A stretch of 64,000 bases of DNA from Solirubrobacterales bacterium. Its GTDB lineage: Bacteria; Actinomycetota; Thermoleophilia; Solirubrobacterales; 70-9. The DNA lies in assembly GCA_035712025.1 (NCBI GenBank), contig DASTBO010000138.1:4935-68934 (forward strand). Reading direction: 5' to 3'. The notes beneath the pieces are model-generated. The model worked only from the letters and a program-made list of their open reading frames with translations. It was not told the origin of the DNA and made no database searches. Positions 63,818 through 64,000 of the stretch are shown piece by piece; position 1 is the first letter of the stretch; each line of letters starts with the position of its first letter. The translations under genes were made by a program, and so were the position numbers.

Positions 63818-64000
63818 TCAGCCAGGAACGATCTTCCGCATCGCTTCTTCGAGTTCAGACACGCCAAAGGCCCCCTCGATGCGGTCGCGGACGACGCCGT
63901 TCTCGTCGATCAGGAACGTCCAGGGCTCGGTTTCGAGGTTGTAGGCCTGCACCTGCGGGCGGGGCCCCTTGGCGACGTCGTTGTCGTTCCAGATCTCCAT
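63818..64000 (-). CDS. thioredoxin-fold TlpA/redoxin-like protein, C-terminal part (start beyond window)
   Basis: ..YNLETEPWTFLIDENGVVRDRIEGAFGVSELEEAMRKI typical C-terminus of TlpA/ResA-like oxidoreductases; the frame stays open to the window edge. Confidence 0.65.
   Translation of the reverse strand: MEIWNDNDVAKGPRPQVQAYNLETEPWTFLIDENGVVRDRIEGAFGVSELEEAMRKIVPG

Noticed and set aside
1-64000. CRISPR arrays, rRNA genes, IS elements/transposases, integrases, prophage genes.
   Set aside because: No regularly spaced direct repeats, no rRNA-like conserved stretches, and no DDE/tyrosine-recombinase-like ORFs were seen in any frame.

Overview
This is a very high-GC, gene-dense chromosomal segment that looks actinobacterial. 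Supporting signs are the topA-tmk-holB synteny, MMPL, a DUF385/F420-type enzyme, a small two-domain laccase, many GTG/TTG starts and 4-nt overlapping gene junctions. About 75 genes are supportable. They include nuoA-G (nuoG runs off the left edge), serS, a 1792-aa secreted mosaic protein, msrB, a MacB-type ABC pair, a P450, class II ribonucleotide reductase, TetR- and MarR-controlled small modules, a type IA topoisomerase, tmk, holB, a two-component system followed by clpP, nei, tRNA-Thr, tRNA-Tyr, an MMPL transporter, pgsA, folE2, the principal sigma factor and a four-gene copper-protein operon. No rRNA, CRISPR array, transposase or integrase was seen. The most unusual signal is a ~43-nt palindromic repeat (GACGGG...CCCGTC). 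It has three clear copies that show compensatory stem changes. Two copies sit in-frame inside coding sequence: the nuoE tail, and a 45-nt insertion in holB bracketed by a 6-nt direct repeat. The third copy is terminator-like and intergenic. Other items worth a second look:
- the giant secreted protein, with five plus one Fn3-like modules, seven Cys-pair blades and a tandem lectin-like domain pair
- an E1/ThiF-like adenylyltransferase with a PqqD/RRE-like N-domain
- a tRNA-Tyr-adjacent low-GC islet encoding a PD-(D/E)xK nuclease
- a Nei glycosylase lacking the catalytic Pro2
- an archaeal/TopoIII-flavoured enzyme in the topA slot
- a probable CTG-initiated glycosyltransferase
- several strong operator-like and terminator-like inverted repeats

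All family assignments are by motif recognition only; no database search was run.
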